From an uncultured Mycoplasmatota bacterium (GTDB taxonomy: Bacteria; Bacillota_I; Bacilli_A; RF39; UBA660): a stretch of DNA of 64,000 bases. Positions 1 through 11,022 of this stretch are shown here, piece after piece. How positions within the stretch are numbered: the first letter of the stretch is position 1; each line of letters starts with the position of its first letter. The notes below the pieces were generated by a model. That model was given only the letters and a program-made list of their open reading frames with translations. It was not told the DNA's origin and made no database searches. The DNA lies in contig URIY01000001.1 in NCBI GenBank assembly GCA_900547995.1, positions 2,912-66,911 of the forward strand, written 5' to 3'. Made by a program: the position numbers and the translations under genes.

Positions 1-1073
1 GAATTTATAGTCTTTATTTTTTTATCATAAACATTCATTTGATCAATAAACATTTTATAGTGTTCTTCTTGAAGTTTTATATTATGTTTTAAATCATCTA
101 GTTTTGTCATTAATGATTGATTAATAAAAAGATAGTCATCATTTTTATCATAATATTTATAACTAAATTCAAATGGATCGATATGAGATTTACAATAAGG
201 ACATATCTCATTATCATAATTCTTATAGTTTTTATTATTGTCAGAAATATTATTTTTTAATTCCTCTAATAAATGCTCTACTTCAGTTTTACTATTTTGT
301 AATTGAATTATTTTATTTCTCGTATCGTTTAAATTTTTTACTATCTCATTATACTCATTTTTACTTAATTCTATTTCGTGATTTAATGATGTCATATCTA
401 AAGAATAATTGTTGCCAGACAATTCTTTTTCTATTTTTTGTATTAATTTATCTAAATCATTAGCTTCCTTTTTGTTTGCTTCTAATTCATCATTACTGTC
501 CTTTAATTTTTTATCTAAATCATAATATTCTTCATTAAATACACCAAAATGAGATAGCAAAGCATATTTTTTATAATTGCTATACTGTGCTAATCCCTTA
601 AATGAACTAAACGTTGTACAATTTAATCCAGTTTGATCTACATAATTTAATAAATACATATATGTTGGTGGAGTTAATTCCAATCTATTTTCTCTATTTG
701 GTAATTCTATATAAAAATCAAATAGTTCACTTAATTTTTCTGACAATTCTATTCTTCTTGTCGTTTCAAAAATAGTTTTAAAATTAGAATCAACTATTCT
801 GAAATAATTATTTGATCTTATAAAATAATATTTATCATCGTTTATATTTATATCTAATATTGTAGTTTTATTTGCAAAATCCCATTTTGGATCAAATGAA
901 CAATCTGCTCCTAAAGTACTATATATACTTTTCATTATTACAGATTTACCACGTTTATTACCATTTTCCTTACATGAGGTAACGAAATTAATGCCATCTT
1001 TGAATTCAGTATGATATGCTTTTTTTTCTTTTAAAGAGTATATATATAATCCATTTATAACTAATTTTTTCAT
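1..1073 (-). CDS. SMC/Rad50-like ATPase, N-terminal ~357 aa only (LmuB-like; gene continues beyond window start). N-terminal ABC-ATPase-like head with a non-canonical GNKRGKS P-loop-like motif, long coiled coil, CPYC zinc-hook-like motif
   Basis: Manual translation of the minus strand from ATG at 1071-1073: MKKLVINGLYIYSLKEKKAYHTEFKDGINFVTSCKENGNKRGKSV..., heptad-rich Lys/Glu coiled-coil, then ...NEICPYCKSH... (Rad50-type CPxC hook). Start lies 1 nt after the stop of the upstream 351-aa ORF, so the two are translationally coupled. Not in the ORF track because it is truncated at the edge. Confidence 0.45.
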   Translation of the reverse strand, partial: MKKLVINGLYIYSLKEKKAYHTEFKDGINFVTSCKENGNKRGKSVIMKSIYSTLGADCSFDPKWDFANKTTILDININDDKYYFIRSNNYFRIVDSNFKTIFETTRRIELSEKLSELFDFYIELPNRENRLELTPPTYMYLLNYVDQTGLNCTTFSSFKGLAQYSNYKKYALLSHFGVFNEEYYDLDKKLKDSNDELEANKKEANDLDKLIQKIEKELSGNNYSLDMTSLNHEIELSKNEYNEIVKNLNDTRNKIIQLQNSKTEVEHLLEELKNNISDNNKNYKNYDNEICPYCKSHIDPFEFSYKYYDKNDDYLFINQSLMTKLDDLKHNIKLQEEHYKMFIDQMNVYDKKIKTIN

Positions 1074-1074
1074 A

Positions 1075-2130
1075 TTATTTCATTTCCTCCTTAATCTCTT
1101 CTACGCAATATATAACCATAGTAAATATTGTACTTTCATCATCATATATAGGGAATTTAATATCCTGATGGTTATTTTTAAAATTTATTGCATATTCTTT
1201 CAAACTATTAGCATATCCTAATTCTATATCCTTTTTAATTGTATCACAAATTATGTCTATAAATTCATTTTTTTTCTTATCCTTACCAGATATTATTTCT
1301 GTTAACGCTTTTAGACATTTTATTTGAAGGGAAAAATTATCATTTGTTAAACTCGTAATTTGTTCCTCGCATTTTTTATGAAAATCACTATGTTGCGAGT
1401 AATGATAATTAACCATGTCAGTAAACTCTTTTTTACTTATTGCTTTATTTTGATATAAATCTTCAAAGCTACATTCTTTTTCGTATTTCGCTTTATTAAT
1501 AGCTATTGCTTTAATCGAGTCTAATAAAACAGTAGGCTTATTGATAGAACTTTTCTTTTCTTCTTCATAAAACTTGCTTAATTTACCTATTATACTATTT
1601 TCGAAATCTTGAACACCAACATTTCTATATAAATAATAAATGTTTTTTAAGTTAATTGTTTCTTGATTAGTTTCTTTTTGTAAATGTTCTATAATTTTTT
1701 TCTTAACATCTAAATCAATTTCATCTAATAGTATAATTTCATTAGGTTTTGTTGCATATTGATTGTTAACCAAAGGCGCATTCGACACAAGCAATACCGA
1801 AATATTTTCTTTCTCTTCTTCTGTTTTTCCTGATATACTATAAATTCTTCCTATTATTGACTGAGATTTATCACTTTTTTTATTTGTTAAAAAACTAACC
1901 TTATTTGATTTTCCAGTATCGGAAGTTTTTACTTGATAAAACTTTAGTTTATTATCAAAATGTAATTCAATATCGCATACATAGTCAAAAACAACATAAT
2001 AATTATCTATTTTGTTGTAATTATCAATTAATTGCTCTATTCCATATAAAACTTCAAAATCAAATCTATTTTTTGTACGTGATCCTGCTAAGTCATATGG
2101 AAGATTACTATATATCTCCTTTAACTCCAT
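1075..2130 (-). CDS. PD-(D/E)xK nuclease-like protein, candidate Lamassu LmuA (Cap4/DUF4297-type effector)
   Basis: 351 aa. N-terminal segment ...YYVVFDYVCDIELHFDNKLKFYQVKT... fits the D...(D/E)-x-K restriction-endonuclease-fold motif. Tightly coupled upstream of the SMC-like ATPase gene, the gene order expected for lmuA-lmuB. Confidence 0.4.
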   Translation of the reverse strand: MELKEIYSNLPYDLAGSRTKNRFDFEVLYGIEQLIDNYNKIDNYYVVFDYVCDIELHFDNKLKFYQVKTSDTGKSNKVSFLTNKKSDKSQSIIGRIYSISGKTEEEKENISVLLVSNAPLVNNQYATKPNEIILLDEIDLDVKKKIIEHLQKETNQETINLKNIYYLYRNVGVQDFENSIIGKLSKFYEEEKKSSINKPTVLLDSIKAIAINKAKYEKECSFEDLYQNKAISKKEFTDMVNYHYSQHSDFHKKCEEQITSLTNDNFSLQIKCLKALTEIISGKDKKKNEFIDIICDTIKKDIELGYANSLKEYAINFKNNHQDIKFPIYDDESTIFTMVIYCVEEIKEEMK

Positions 2131-2262
2131 TATTATTCCCCCATATAAAAGATAATTTAGATTATTATACCATAAATTGAATTTTTTTATTATATAATAC
2201 TACTTATTATTTTATAATAATTGGAATTATGCTATAATATTATCAGAAATTGGAGGGTTATT

Positions 2263-3063
2263 ATGGCAAATATAAACTTTGAAACTTATTTTAGTGAAAG
2301 CGAAAATAAATATTATGATTCGAAAATTATAATTAATATTCTAGAAAATATACTAGGAAAATCAATTAACGAAATAAAGAAAGATGTTAATGATAATCAA
2401 ATTGTTGTTACAAGGGAAAAAATTGAAAAATATCTTGAACAAAAATTTATTGAAGAAGATCCTGAATTAAAAAAGAGAATTGAAAGTCCAAGTCCTAAAA
2501 GAAGCAGAAATATTGCTGAATGGACAAAACAAGATATTGAAAATTATTCACAAGAGTTTGTAGATGATTTAAGTGTAGCAAGATATTGTTTCGAGCCTTA
2601 TACATTAGAGTACTTTAATAGATATACAGCCATTGTAAGAAATAAAGTTAATATATTATTAAGTCTTATTGAAAAAATTGGCAATAAAGAAATTCAACCA
2701 ATACAAGAGTTGTTAACTGAGTTAGATATTGTATTAGATGAAAATGGTAATGTTCTAAAAAGTGATATAGTTCGCTTAATTACACCTACTATTTATAACA
2801 TTAATTATTTAAATGAAAAACTTGCAAAAGCTAATGACTTATCAACATACCTAACTTTCAAAATGTCAAAACATTCATTATATAGAGATGGTTTCTCTGA
2901 AGGAGAAGTTTATCCTAGTCAATCAATACAAATTAATAGTTTACAATATGATTATATTCAAGGTAATGTTAGATTATCTGAAAATCAAAGAAAAACACTT
3001 GAAGAAGAAAGAAGTAAAAGTCTTAAAAAAAGTGCTGAATTTATATGTAATTTATTTAATTAA
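2263..3063 (+). CDS. hypothetical protein (266 aa from the ATG with a GGAGG RBS; the track ORF starts at 2221)
   Basis: ORF track 2221..3063. A GGAGG sits 8 nt upstream of ATG 2263 (MANINFETYF...). No recognisable motifs. Lies in the island, divergent from the Lamassu-like operon. Confidence 0.5.
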   Translation: MANINFETYFSESENKYYDSKIIINILENILGKSINEIKKDVNDNQIVVTREKIEKYLEQKFIEEDPELKKRIESPSPKRSRNIAEWTKQDIENYSQEFVDDLSVARYCFEPYTLEYFNRYTAIVRNKVNILLSLIEKIGNKEIQPIQELLTELDIVLDENGNVLKSDIVRLITPTIYNINYLNEKLAKANDLSTYLTFKMSKHSLYRDGFSEGEVYPSQSIQINSLQYDYIQGNVRLSENQRKTLEEERSKSLKKSAEFICNLFN

Positions 3064-3070
3064 TTAAAGC

Positions 3071-3098
3071 AAAAGGAAGAGATAAACTCTTCCTTTTG
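3071..3098. terminator. bidirectional hairpin terminator between convergent genes
   Basis: AAAAGGAAGAG-ATAAA-CTCTTCCTTTTG: 10-bp GC-containing stem flanked by an A-run on one side and a T-run on the other, between 2263..3063(+) and 3170..3997(-). Confidence 0.5.
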
Positions 3099-3169
3099 AA
3101 AAACTTCTACCAAGTGTATAAATACACCTGCAACAATCTAAAGTACTTTAATTATACCATTTTAACTCT

Positions 3170-3997
3170 CTAAGTCAACACTTTTTCACGATTTTCTTTA
3201 GATTTATAAATAGTATTATGTTTTTTAATAGTTCCATTTGTTTCTTTTATTTCTTCAAAAGCATAATACTTCTTTATTATTTTTAATATAGCATCATTAT
3301 CTATTTTAGTAATAGTTGCTATTTTATTATTTATATAATATGGTTCTCTAATTCTATTAGAACTAATATTAATTAAGTTTTCTAATCTAGCAGTTCCTAA
3401 TTTTTCATCTAATAAATCATAGTGAAAATAATAATTATCATCTTTATGTTTTGAAGTAAGTGGTATAGCAGTCCACATTTTTTTATTTGATGCACTTCTC
3501 CATAATATTGCTGGTCTTAATTTTCTTAATTCGCTACCAATATTATACCCTAAATCTACCCAATATATAGCTCCAACTTTTAAATTAGTAGTATCATCAC
3601 CATTTTTATTTATTAATTCTAACTTATCTTTACACCATTTATTATATGATATGCCATCTGGATCATTATTTGTATTATCTTTAACATAGTTTAAAAAACT
3701 AATTTTAGATCTTAATAAAATATCATCAAATTCTTTATTAGTTATTTTAATAGGTTTACCTTTAATGTAGACACATCTTTTAATATTAGAGCGATTATAA
3801 TCAGTTATTTCATCTAATACCGCATATTTATTAATAGATTTTAAATGAATACTATTTTCTTTTTCTTCATTATAAACAGGTACTCCAACATAATGATTTT
3901 GTGATATATCATAAAGAATCAAAATCCATTGTTTATTATCATTTAAATTAAATTCATATACTTGCTTCCAATTTATAGTAAGCATATTTATCACCAA
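3170..3997 (-). CDS. PemK/MazF-family toxin domain (C-terminal half) fused to an unknown ~135-aa N-terminal domain
   Basis: C-terminal region GAIYWVDLGYNIGSELRKLRPAILWRS...WTAIPLTS matches the MazF/PemK signature (G-x-[IV]-[YW]-x-x-D-[LF]...GSE....RP-[AV]-[IL]...hhh-P-[IL]-T; compare B. subtilis EndoA [26 protein letters not shown]...TAIVAAIT). Total length 275 aa against ~115 aa for stand-alone MazF. Confidence 0.55.
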   Translation of the reverse strand: MVINMLTINWKQVYEFNLNDNKQWILILYDISQNHYVGVPVYNEEKENSIHLKSINKYAVLDEITDYNRSNIKRCVYIKGKPIKITNKEFDDILLRSKISFLNYVKDNTNNDPDGISYNKWCKDKLELINKNGDDTTNLKVGAIYWVDLGYNIGSELRKLRPAILWRSASNKKMWTAIPLTSKHKDDNYYFHYDLLDEKLGTARLENLINISSNRIREPYYINNKIATITKIDNDAILKIIKKYYAFEEIKETNGTIKKHNTIYKSKENREKVLT

Positions 3998-4012
3998 CTT
4001 TCTTTATTTTAA

Positions 4013-5332
4013 TTATCTTTCTAGTTCATCATCTTTTGATTTTTTTGTTTCATAAAATTCTTCAGCATACTCATCCATTTCATCATTAATATGTTTAGTT
4101 ACTTTTTCAATTTCTTTTTTATTAAATAGATTAAATTTTTTAAATGATTTTTCTCTCTTTCTTATAACTTCAGGATCATATTGTTGTTTAAAAAAATTAA
4201 GGTTAATATTATTATAATTAAATAATCTATCAATTAGATTTTGTATAAATTCTGGAAGTTTTTTGATTATTTTATTTAAATGATAAATAAGATAATCTGT
4301 TCTTTCTTTTAAATCATTGTATCTATTTTCAGTTTGATAATTGATACTCTTTAAATGTTCATTTTCTTCTTTTAATTTTTTATTTTCGTCTAATAATTGA
4401 TTTTTAGATTTAATAATAATTTTATTATTAAGTTTTTTCTTTTTATCAATTTCATCGTTTATATCATCTTTATCTTTATTAAGTTTAGTAATTTGTTTAT
4501 TGATAGATTCTTTATTATCTTCTAAATCAGATACTTCATCTTGAAGATTAGATATTTCTTGTTTAAGTCCTTTAACTCTTTCATTAAAGAGTTTTCTTTC
4601 ATATGAAGTAATATCTCTATTTTTACCTTTTTCTTTTTCTTTAAGTTTAGAATCTAATCCATAGACAATATTAAATTTATTAATACATCTTTCTCTCATC
4701 TTATCTTGAATAACTACTAATGATTCTTTTGTGAAGATAGATGTTTTACCAACTTGTCTTGATAAACCTGTTTTACAATTTTCTTTAACTGGAACTCCAA
4801 CTATATGCATATGAGGAGAATGTTCATCAAAGTGAATTGATGCATTAGCTATATAAAAGTCTGGAACTATTTCTTGTATATCTTCAAGTTGTTGTTCAAA
4901 TACCTGTGTCATTTGATATTTGTATTCTAAACTTTTCTCATCCCAATATTCCATGTTTCCAAGTTCGATAACTATCTCACAAGCAAGATCATGTTTTGTA
5001 TCATTAGCAATTTTATTAAAGTAGTTATTTATCTTTCTATCATCTCTAGTTTGTTTATTATTGTATTCAAGTCTTACTTCATCAAATAAATCTAAATATA
5101 ATTCTTTAACATCTTTAACAATATCATTTGAACCTTTGATTGTCTTAATTAATTCTTGATTATTATCGTATTGTCTTAAGTTATGATGATTAACTTTTCC
5201 TAATTGCTTAACATTTTGAATAGCATTATTATTTTTAGATGTTGTTCCTGATTGAGTATTCTTGGCTTCTTGTCTTGCTTTAATAGATTTGTTTTTATCA
5301 TTACCTAAATGTAGTGAATAAGATAATTCCAT
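4013..5332 (-). CDS. mob: MobV-family relaxase / plasmid recombination enzyme (Mob_Pre)
   Basis: 439 aa. Contains the HxDE..PHxH relaxase motif (ASIHFDEHSPHMHIVGVP) and a C-terminal Lys/Glu-rich coiled coil typical of Pre/Mob proteins. Confidence 0.75.
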   Translation of the reverse strand: MELSYSLHLGNDKNKSIKARQEAKNTQSGTTSKNNNAIQNVKQLGKVNHHNLRQYDNNQELIKTIKGSNDIVKDVKELYLDLFDEVRLEYNNKQTRDDRKINNYFNKIANDTKHDLACEIVIELGNMEYWDEKSLEYKYQMTQVFEQQLEDIQEIVPDFYIANASIHFDEHSPHMHIVGVPVKENCKTGLSRQVGKTSIFTKESLVVIQDKMRERCINKFNIVYGLDSKLKEKEKGKNRDITSYERKLFNERVKGLKQEISNLQDEVSDLEDNKESINKQITKLNKDKDDINDEIDKKKKLNNKIIIKSKNQLLDENKKLKEENEHLKSINYQTENRYNDLKERTDYLIYHLNKIIKKLPEFIQNLIDRLFNYNNINLNFFKQQYDPEVIRKREKSFKKFNLFNKKEIEKVTKHINDEMDEYAEEFYETKKSKDDELER

Positions 5333-5577
5333 TTAAATTACACCCCCTAAATTATGAATATTGAAAATGGCACGAAAGTGGCTTTGTCATTATTCATAAC
5401 TTCCTATATATCTTGTCAGAGACAAGATATGGAAGCTAAGGTTTACCACCTTAGAAACCGTTTATACTTTATTTCACAATAACTAAACTATCGTAATAGT
5501 TAAAGTTCATAAAGTATTAATTTTTAAATTGCTATCGCCACTTTCATTTACTTCGTAAACAAAACGTGCCACGCATT

Positions 5578-7485
<1,908 letters not shown>

Positions 7486-7649
7486 CTAAATACTACTGAC
7501 TCCTCACAATATTCAATATATAAAATTTTTTTATGTATATATTTTATCATAGATGTACCTCTCTTTCTAGAGAATACCTCTTTCATTGGTTATTTATAAT
7601 ATCACTTTTTTATGATTTGTCAATTCCCTGTTTAGGGAATAAGCAGTAT

Positions 7650-7931
7650 TTAGATTGTTTTTAAATAATCTTCTAATTCTGACAATTTAATCTTATTAGA
7701 TAAGTTTTCAATAAAAATTTCATTAGAATAATTAAAAGCAAGAAATGTAGTATTATTAATTATTATTCTATGTGGCTCAATATAAATTAAGTTAGTTTTA
7801 TCGACTTTTCTAATATTACCATTAATAATAGTTGGTTTATTATTAGTAAAATCACATATGAACTCAATTTTCTTTTTTAGTGATTCTTCTAATGAAAGTT
7901 CTTCTTTAATAATATTTACCATTGTTTCCAT
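7650..7931 (-). CDS. hypothetical small protein (93 aa) between integrase and tRNA-His
   Basis: ORF track only; no motifs recognised. Could be an accessory (directionality) factor, but there is no support for that. Confidence 0.3.
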   Translation of the reverse strand: METMVNIIKEELSLEESLKKKIEFICDFTNNKPTIINGNIRKVDKTNLIYIEPHRIIINNTTFLAFNYSNEIFIENLSNKIKLSELEDYLKTI

Positions 7932-8032
7932 CCTTTCTTTTTAAGTTAGGATAGTTTTTAACAACAAAAAAACTAATCCATTTCTGAATTAGTCATTTAT
8001 CATAACTCGAAAAGTTCGAGCAGATTTCACAA

Positions 8033-8109
8033 TGGGGCGAGATAAGGGAATCGAACCCTTGCATAACGGAACCACAATCCGCCGTGTTAACCACTTCACC
8101 AATCTCGCC
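8033..8109 (-). tRNA. tRNA-His (anticodon GUG) with the His-specific extra G-1 paired to C73 and an encoded CCA
   Basis: Reverse complement folds as a cloverleaf: GGCGAGA acceptor / GCGGA-UUGUGGU-UCCGU anticodon arm (GUG at positions 34-36) / GGGTTCGATTCCC T-arm; 77 nt. Confidence 0.8.
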
Positions 8110-8223
8110 AAGTAAATACATACATATTTTAACAAATATTTTAACCTATGACAAGATTATTTATTAACTTTTTTACAAAAACAATAAAAATAATCATAAA
8201 ATAATATAAAAGGAGGAATATTA

Positions 8224-8502
8224 ATGAATCAATTACCAGATATTCATCCTTTATCTTTTACATTAAGTGCTACTATAATTGGTTATGCTTTAATTGATCA
8301 CTTTAAATCTACTGAACAAAATGCGATTGGAAACTGGCTAATGCTAATTGGACAAATTTTATGTACTAATGGCTCTTATCAATTTCATAAAGAATATCAA
8401 GAACCTACACCCGAAAGTAATGCTAAAGACATTGATTTAATAAATAGAACAATTGATGCTATGAAAGAAGAAATTGAAAAACTAAAAAAGTATAACAATT
8501 AA
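8224..8502 (+). CDS. hypothetical small protein (92 aa) with hydrophobic N-terminal segment
   Basis: ORF track; AGGAGG RBS 6 nt upstream of the ATG. Confidence 0.35.
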   Translation: MNQLPDIHPLSFTLSATIIGYALIDHFKSTEQNAIGNWLMLIGQILCTNGSYQFHKEYQEPTPESNAKDIDLINRTIDAMKEEIEKLKKYNN

Positions 8503-8510
8503 GTCATACT

Positions 8511-10034
8511 TTATAAAGTTGGATAAGTACCTATTCCACTTGGTAAACCAATTAAATACCAACAAACAATTATTAAAATCCATAAAGCACCCATTAATAA
8601 GTAAACAGGCATAGCCGATTTAATTGTTCCAAATACTGTTACTTTATAATTTTCATCATTATTGTATTTTTCTAAAAAAGCAAGCATTATTAAGAAATAT
8701 ATAAACAATGGTGAAAAACATTTACCTACACCATCAGCAACTTTATATATAAATAAGGTAAAATCAGGTGTAATATTGGCTCTCATAAATAGTGGTACAA
8801 CAAGCGGTGAAACAAGTGCCCATTTATCAAGTGTGGAAGGCATTACAAATGTCATTATAATAACAATAATAAAGAATGTTATTATCAATATAATTCCTGA
8901 AAAAGGCAAACTTGCTAGTAAATTAGTTAAACTTGATACAATTACAGGTCCAATATTTGTCCACTCTAATACACTTATCATTTGAGATGTAAAAAACATC
9001 AAAACAAATACAAAACCAACATTAGAAAAACTTTTTGATAGACCTATACTATATTCACTAGTATTTTTAATATTTCCTGATACTTTTCCATAAACATATC
9101 CACATAACATCAATACTACTGATACAATATAAACAAATCCATTTTTAAATGGTGATGCATCACCAAATAACATATCAATATATTCTGTACTATTTTTATC
9201 AAGTAATAATCCTGAATTAGGAAAACCTGGTACAATCATATATATTATAACTGCAAGTATAATAACAAATATTATATTAGAAAGATATAATCCTTTTTTT
9301 GAATAAACTAATTCTTCTCTTTCTTGTTTTTTATATTTTGGTAATCTTGGTACAATAAATTTATCTATTAAAGTTGTCCCAATAATAGTTAAAATAATTG
9401 TGCTTGCTACCATAATATATATATTAGAAAACATTCCATAAGTATAGTTCTTATCTACCTCTAAAGAAGCAGATATTTGAGTTAAATTACCCATTACATA
9501 ATCTAAATCATTATATATTATTCCCGTACCATAACCAATTGTCATACCTATAAATAAAGTTAATATTCCTAGGTAAGCATTTTTATCTATTATAGAGTAT
9601 ATTGCTCCAACAAGAGGAATTAATATTAAATAATTATAATCACCTATTATAGATGAAATTATTCCTATGAAAATAGTTATAGCAATCATAGTTTTATTAT
9701 TTAACCTTTTAAGTGGTTTAAACACTGCATCAAATAATCCACTTGATTCACCTATACTTACACCAATAAGAGCAACTATCAAAATAACAAGTGGTTCAAA
9801 TGTTTGAAAATTACTAAGTACATTTCCAAATAAAAATTTTAAACCATCTAATGTAAAAATATTATTTACGATTGTAAGTGATGATGCTAAAACACCATTT
9901 TCTATTGTCGTTATTTGACCTTGAAGTTGTAATTTAGACATTATTAAACTTGCTAACATTATAACAAAAGTCATAATTAAGATAGTAATAACAGGTCCAA
10001 ATAATATTTTTTTCTTCTTTTTTCTTTGTGACAT
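8511..10034 (-). CDS. AbgT-family transporter (p-aminobenzoyl-glutamate transporter family)
   Basis: 507 aa polytopic membrane protein. Segment DGLKFLFGNVLSNFQTFEPLVILIVALIGVSIGESSGL resembles the conserved AbgT N-terminal region. Confidence 0.65.
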   Translation of the reverse strand: MSQRKKKKKILFGPVITILIMTFVIMLASLIMSKLQLQGQITTIENGVLASSLTIVNNIFTLDGLKFLFGNVLSNFQTFEPLVILIVALIGVSIGESSGLFDAVFKPLKRLNNKTMIAITIFIGIISSIIGDYNYLILIPLVGAIYSIIDKNAYLGILTLFIGMTIGYGTGIIYNDLDYVMGNLTQISASLEVDKNYTYGMFSNIYIMVASTIILTIIGTTLIDKFIVPRLPKYKKQEREELVYSKKGLYLSNIIFVIILAVIIYMIVPGFPNSGLLLDKNSTEYIDMLFGDASPFKNGFVYIVSVVLMLCGYVYGKVSGNIKNTSEYSIGLSKSFSNVGFVFVLMFFTSQMISVLEWTNIGPVIVSSLTNLLASLPFSGIILIITFFIIVIIMTFVMPSTLDKWALVSPLVVPLFMRANITPDFTLFIYKVADGVGKCFSPLFIYFLIMLAFLEKYNNDENYKVTVFGTIKSAMPVYLLMGALWILIIVCWYLIGLPSGIGTYPTL

Positions 10035-10043
10035 AAATACCTC

Positions 10044-10229
10044 CTACAAAGATACTACACTTTTTAATTTTTTATTGAATTCTATTCTTGGAAGCATAAT
10101 ACTTCTTCCACATTTTAGACATTTAATTTTTATATCTGCTCCAATTCTTGTAATTTCCCATTTATTTTCACCACATGGATGCTGTTTCTTCATAACAACA
10201 ATTGATCCTAATTTATATTCCTTTTCCAT
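10044..10229 (-). CDS. DUF951-family small zinc-ribbon protein (probable start at the internal Met of the track ORF)
   Basis: ...HPCGENKWEITRIGADIKIKCLKCGR... fits the conserved DUF951 core. The track start at 10277 would overlap MscS by 65 nt; the internal ATG at 10229 reduces the overlap. Confidence 0.45.
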   Translation of the reverse strand: MEKEYKLGSIVVMKKQHPCGENKWEITRIGADIKIKCLKCGRSIMLPRIEFNKKLKSVVSL

Positions 10230-11022
10230 TATGCACCTCAATTTGTGGATATGGTATCTTAATATTTTCTTTATCAAATAAATTCTTAATTTCTTTCATT
10301 ATTAATCTTTGTACTTCATATTGTTTATAAGACTCTGTTTCAGCCGTAATTCTAATAATTACAGCACTATCTGCAAGTTCATTTATACCAAGTACTTTAA
10401 TATCACTTTTTAAAAATGGTATTCTTTTATTTTTCTTGATATCAATAAACAAATTATTTAATAATTTTTCTACTTTTTCATAGTCTTCCTCATATGCAAC
10501 AGATACGTCAACAAGGGCAAATGATGACATTTGACTATAATTTATTACTTCTGAAATATTTCTATTTGATAAAATTTTAACCTCACCCGTATAACTTCTT
10601 ATACGTGTTGTTTTAAGTCCAAGACCAATAACCTCTCCTTTAAAATCTCCAACACTTATTATATCACCTATACAATATTGATTTTCAAATATAATAGTCA
10701 TTCCTGATATAAAATCTTTAAGCAAATCTTGAAGAGCAAGACCAACTACAAGTCCAAGTACACCAAGTGAAGCAATTAATGATTTAGTATCCACACCAAA
10801 AATATCTAAAATCATTAAAAGGGCAACTATTAAAATAAAATATTTAACAACATTATATACTAACGAATAAATAGTTTTTTGTTTATTAGAAATATTTTTT
10901 TTAATTTTAAAAAATCTTTTTAATAGTTTTTTACAAATTAAATTAAGTAAAAAAGATATAATAATAATCAATATAGGAGCAACAATCTCCTTAACTAGTA
11001 TTTTATCAAGCATACTATTCAC
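10213..11022 (-). CDS. MscS-family small-conductance mechanosensitive channel
   Basis: 269 aa. TM segments followed by ...GLALQDLLKDFISGMTIIFENQYCIGDIISVGDFKGEVIGLGLKTTRIRSYTGEVKILSNRNI..., the MscS beta-domain signature. Confidence 0.75.
   Translation of the reverse strand: MNSMLDKILVKEIVAPILIIIISFLLNLICKKLLKRFFKIKKNISNKQKTIYSLVYNVVKYFILIVALLMILDIFGVDTKSLIASLGVLGLVVGLALQDLLKDFISGMTIIFENQYCIGDIISVGDFKGEVIGLGLKTTRIRSYTGEVKILSNRNISEVINYSQMSSFALVDVSVAYEEDYEKVEKLLNNLFIDIKKNKRIPFLKSDIKVLGINELADSAVIIRITAETESYKQYEVQRLIMKEIKNLFDKENIKIPYPQIEVHNGKGI

Noticed and set aside
173-463. 96-aa plus-strand ORF in the ORF track
   Set aside because: Lies antisense inside the minus-strand SMC/Rad50-like gene (partial, 1..1073). 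The product is low-complexity and Tyr/Phe/Leu-rich, typical of an AT-rich antisense frame.
1905-2180. 91-aa plus-strand ORF overlapping the start of the 351-aa nuclease-like gene
   Set aside because: Antisense to a well-supported CDS; no RBS; composition-driven.
7935-8109. tRNA-His as the integration target of the island
   Set aside because: Serine recombinases do not characteristically target tRNA 3' ends, and no direct repeat of the tRNA 3' end was seen to the left. The adjacency may be coincidental, so only proximity is reported.
8662-8985. 107-aa plus-strand ORF
   Set aside because: Entirely antisense within the AbgT transporter gene.
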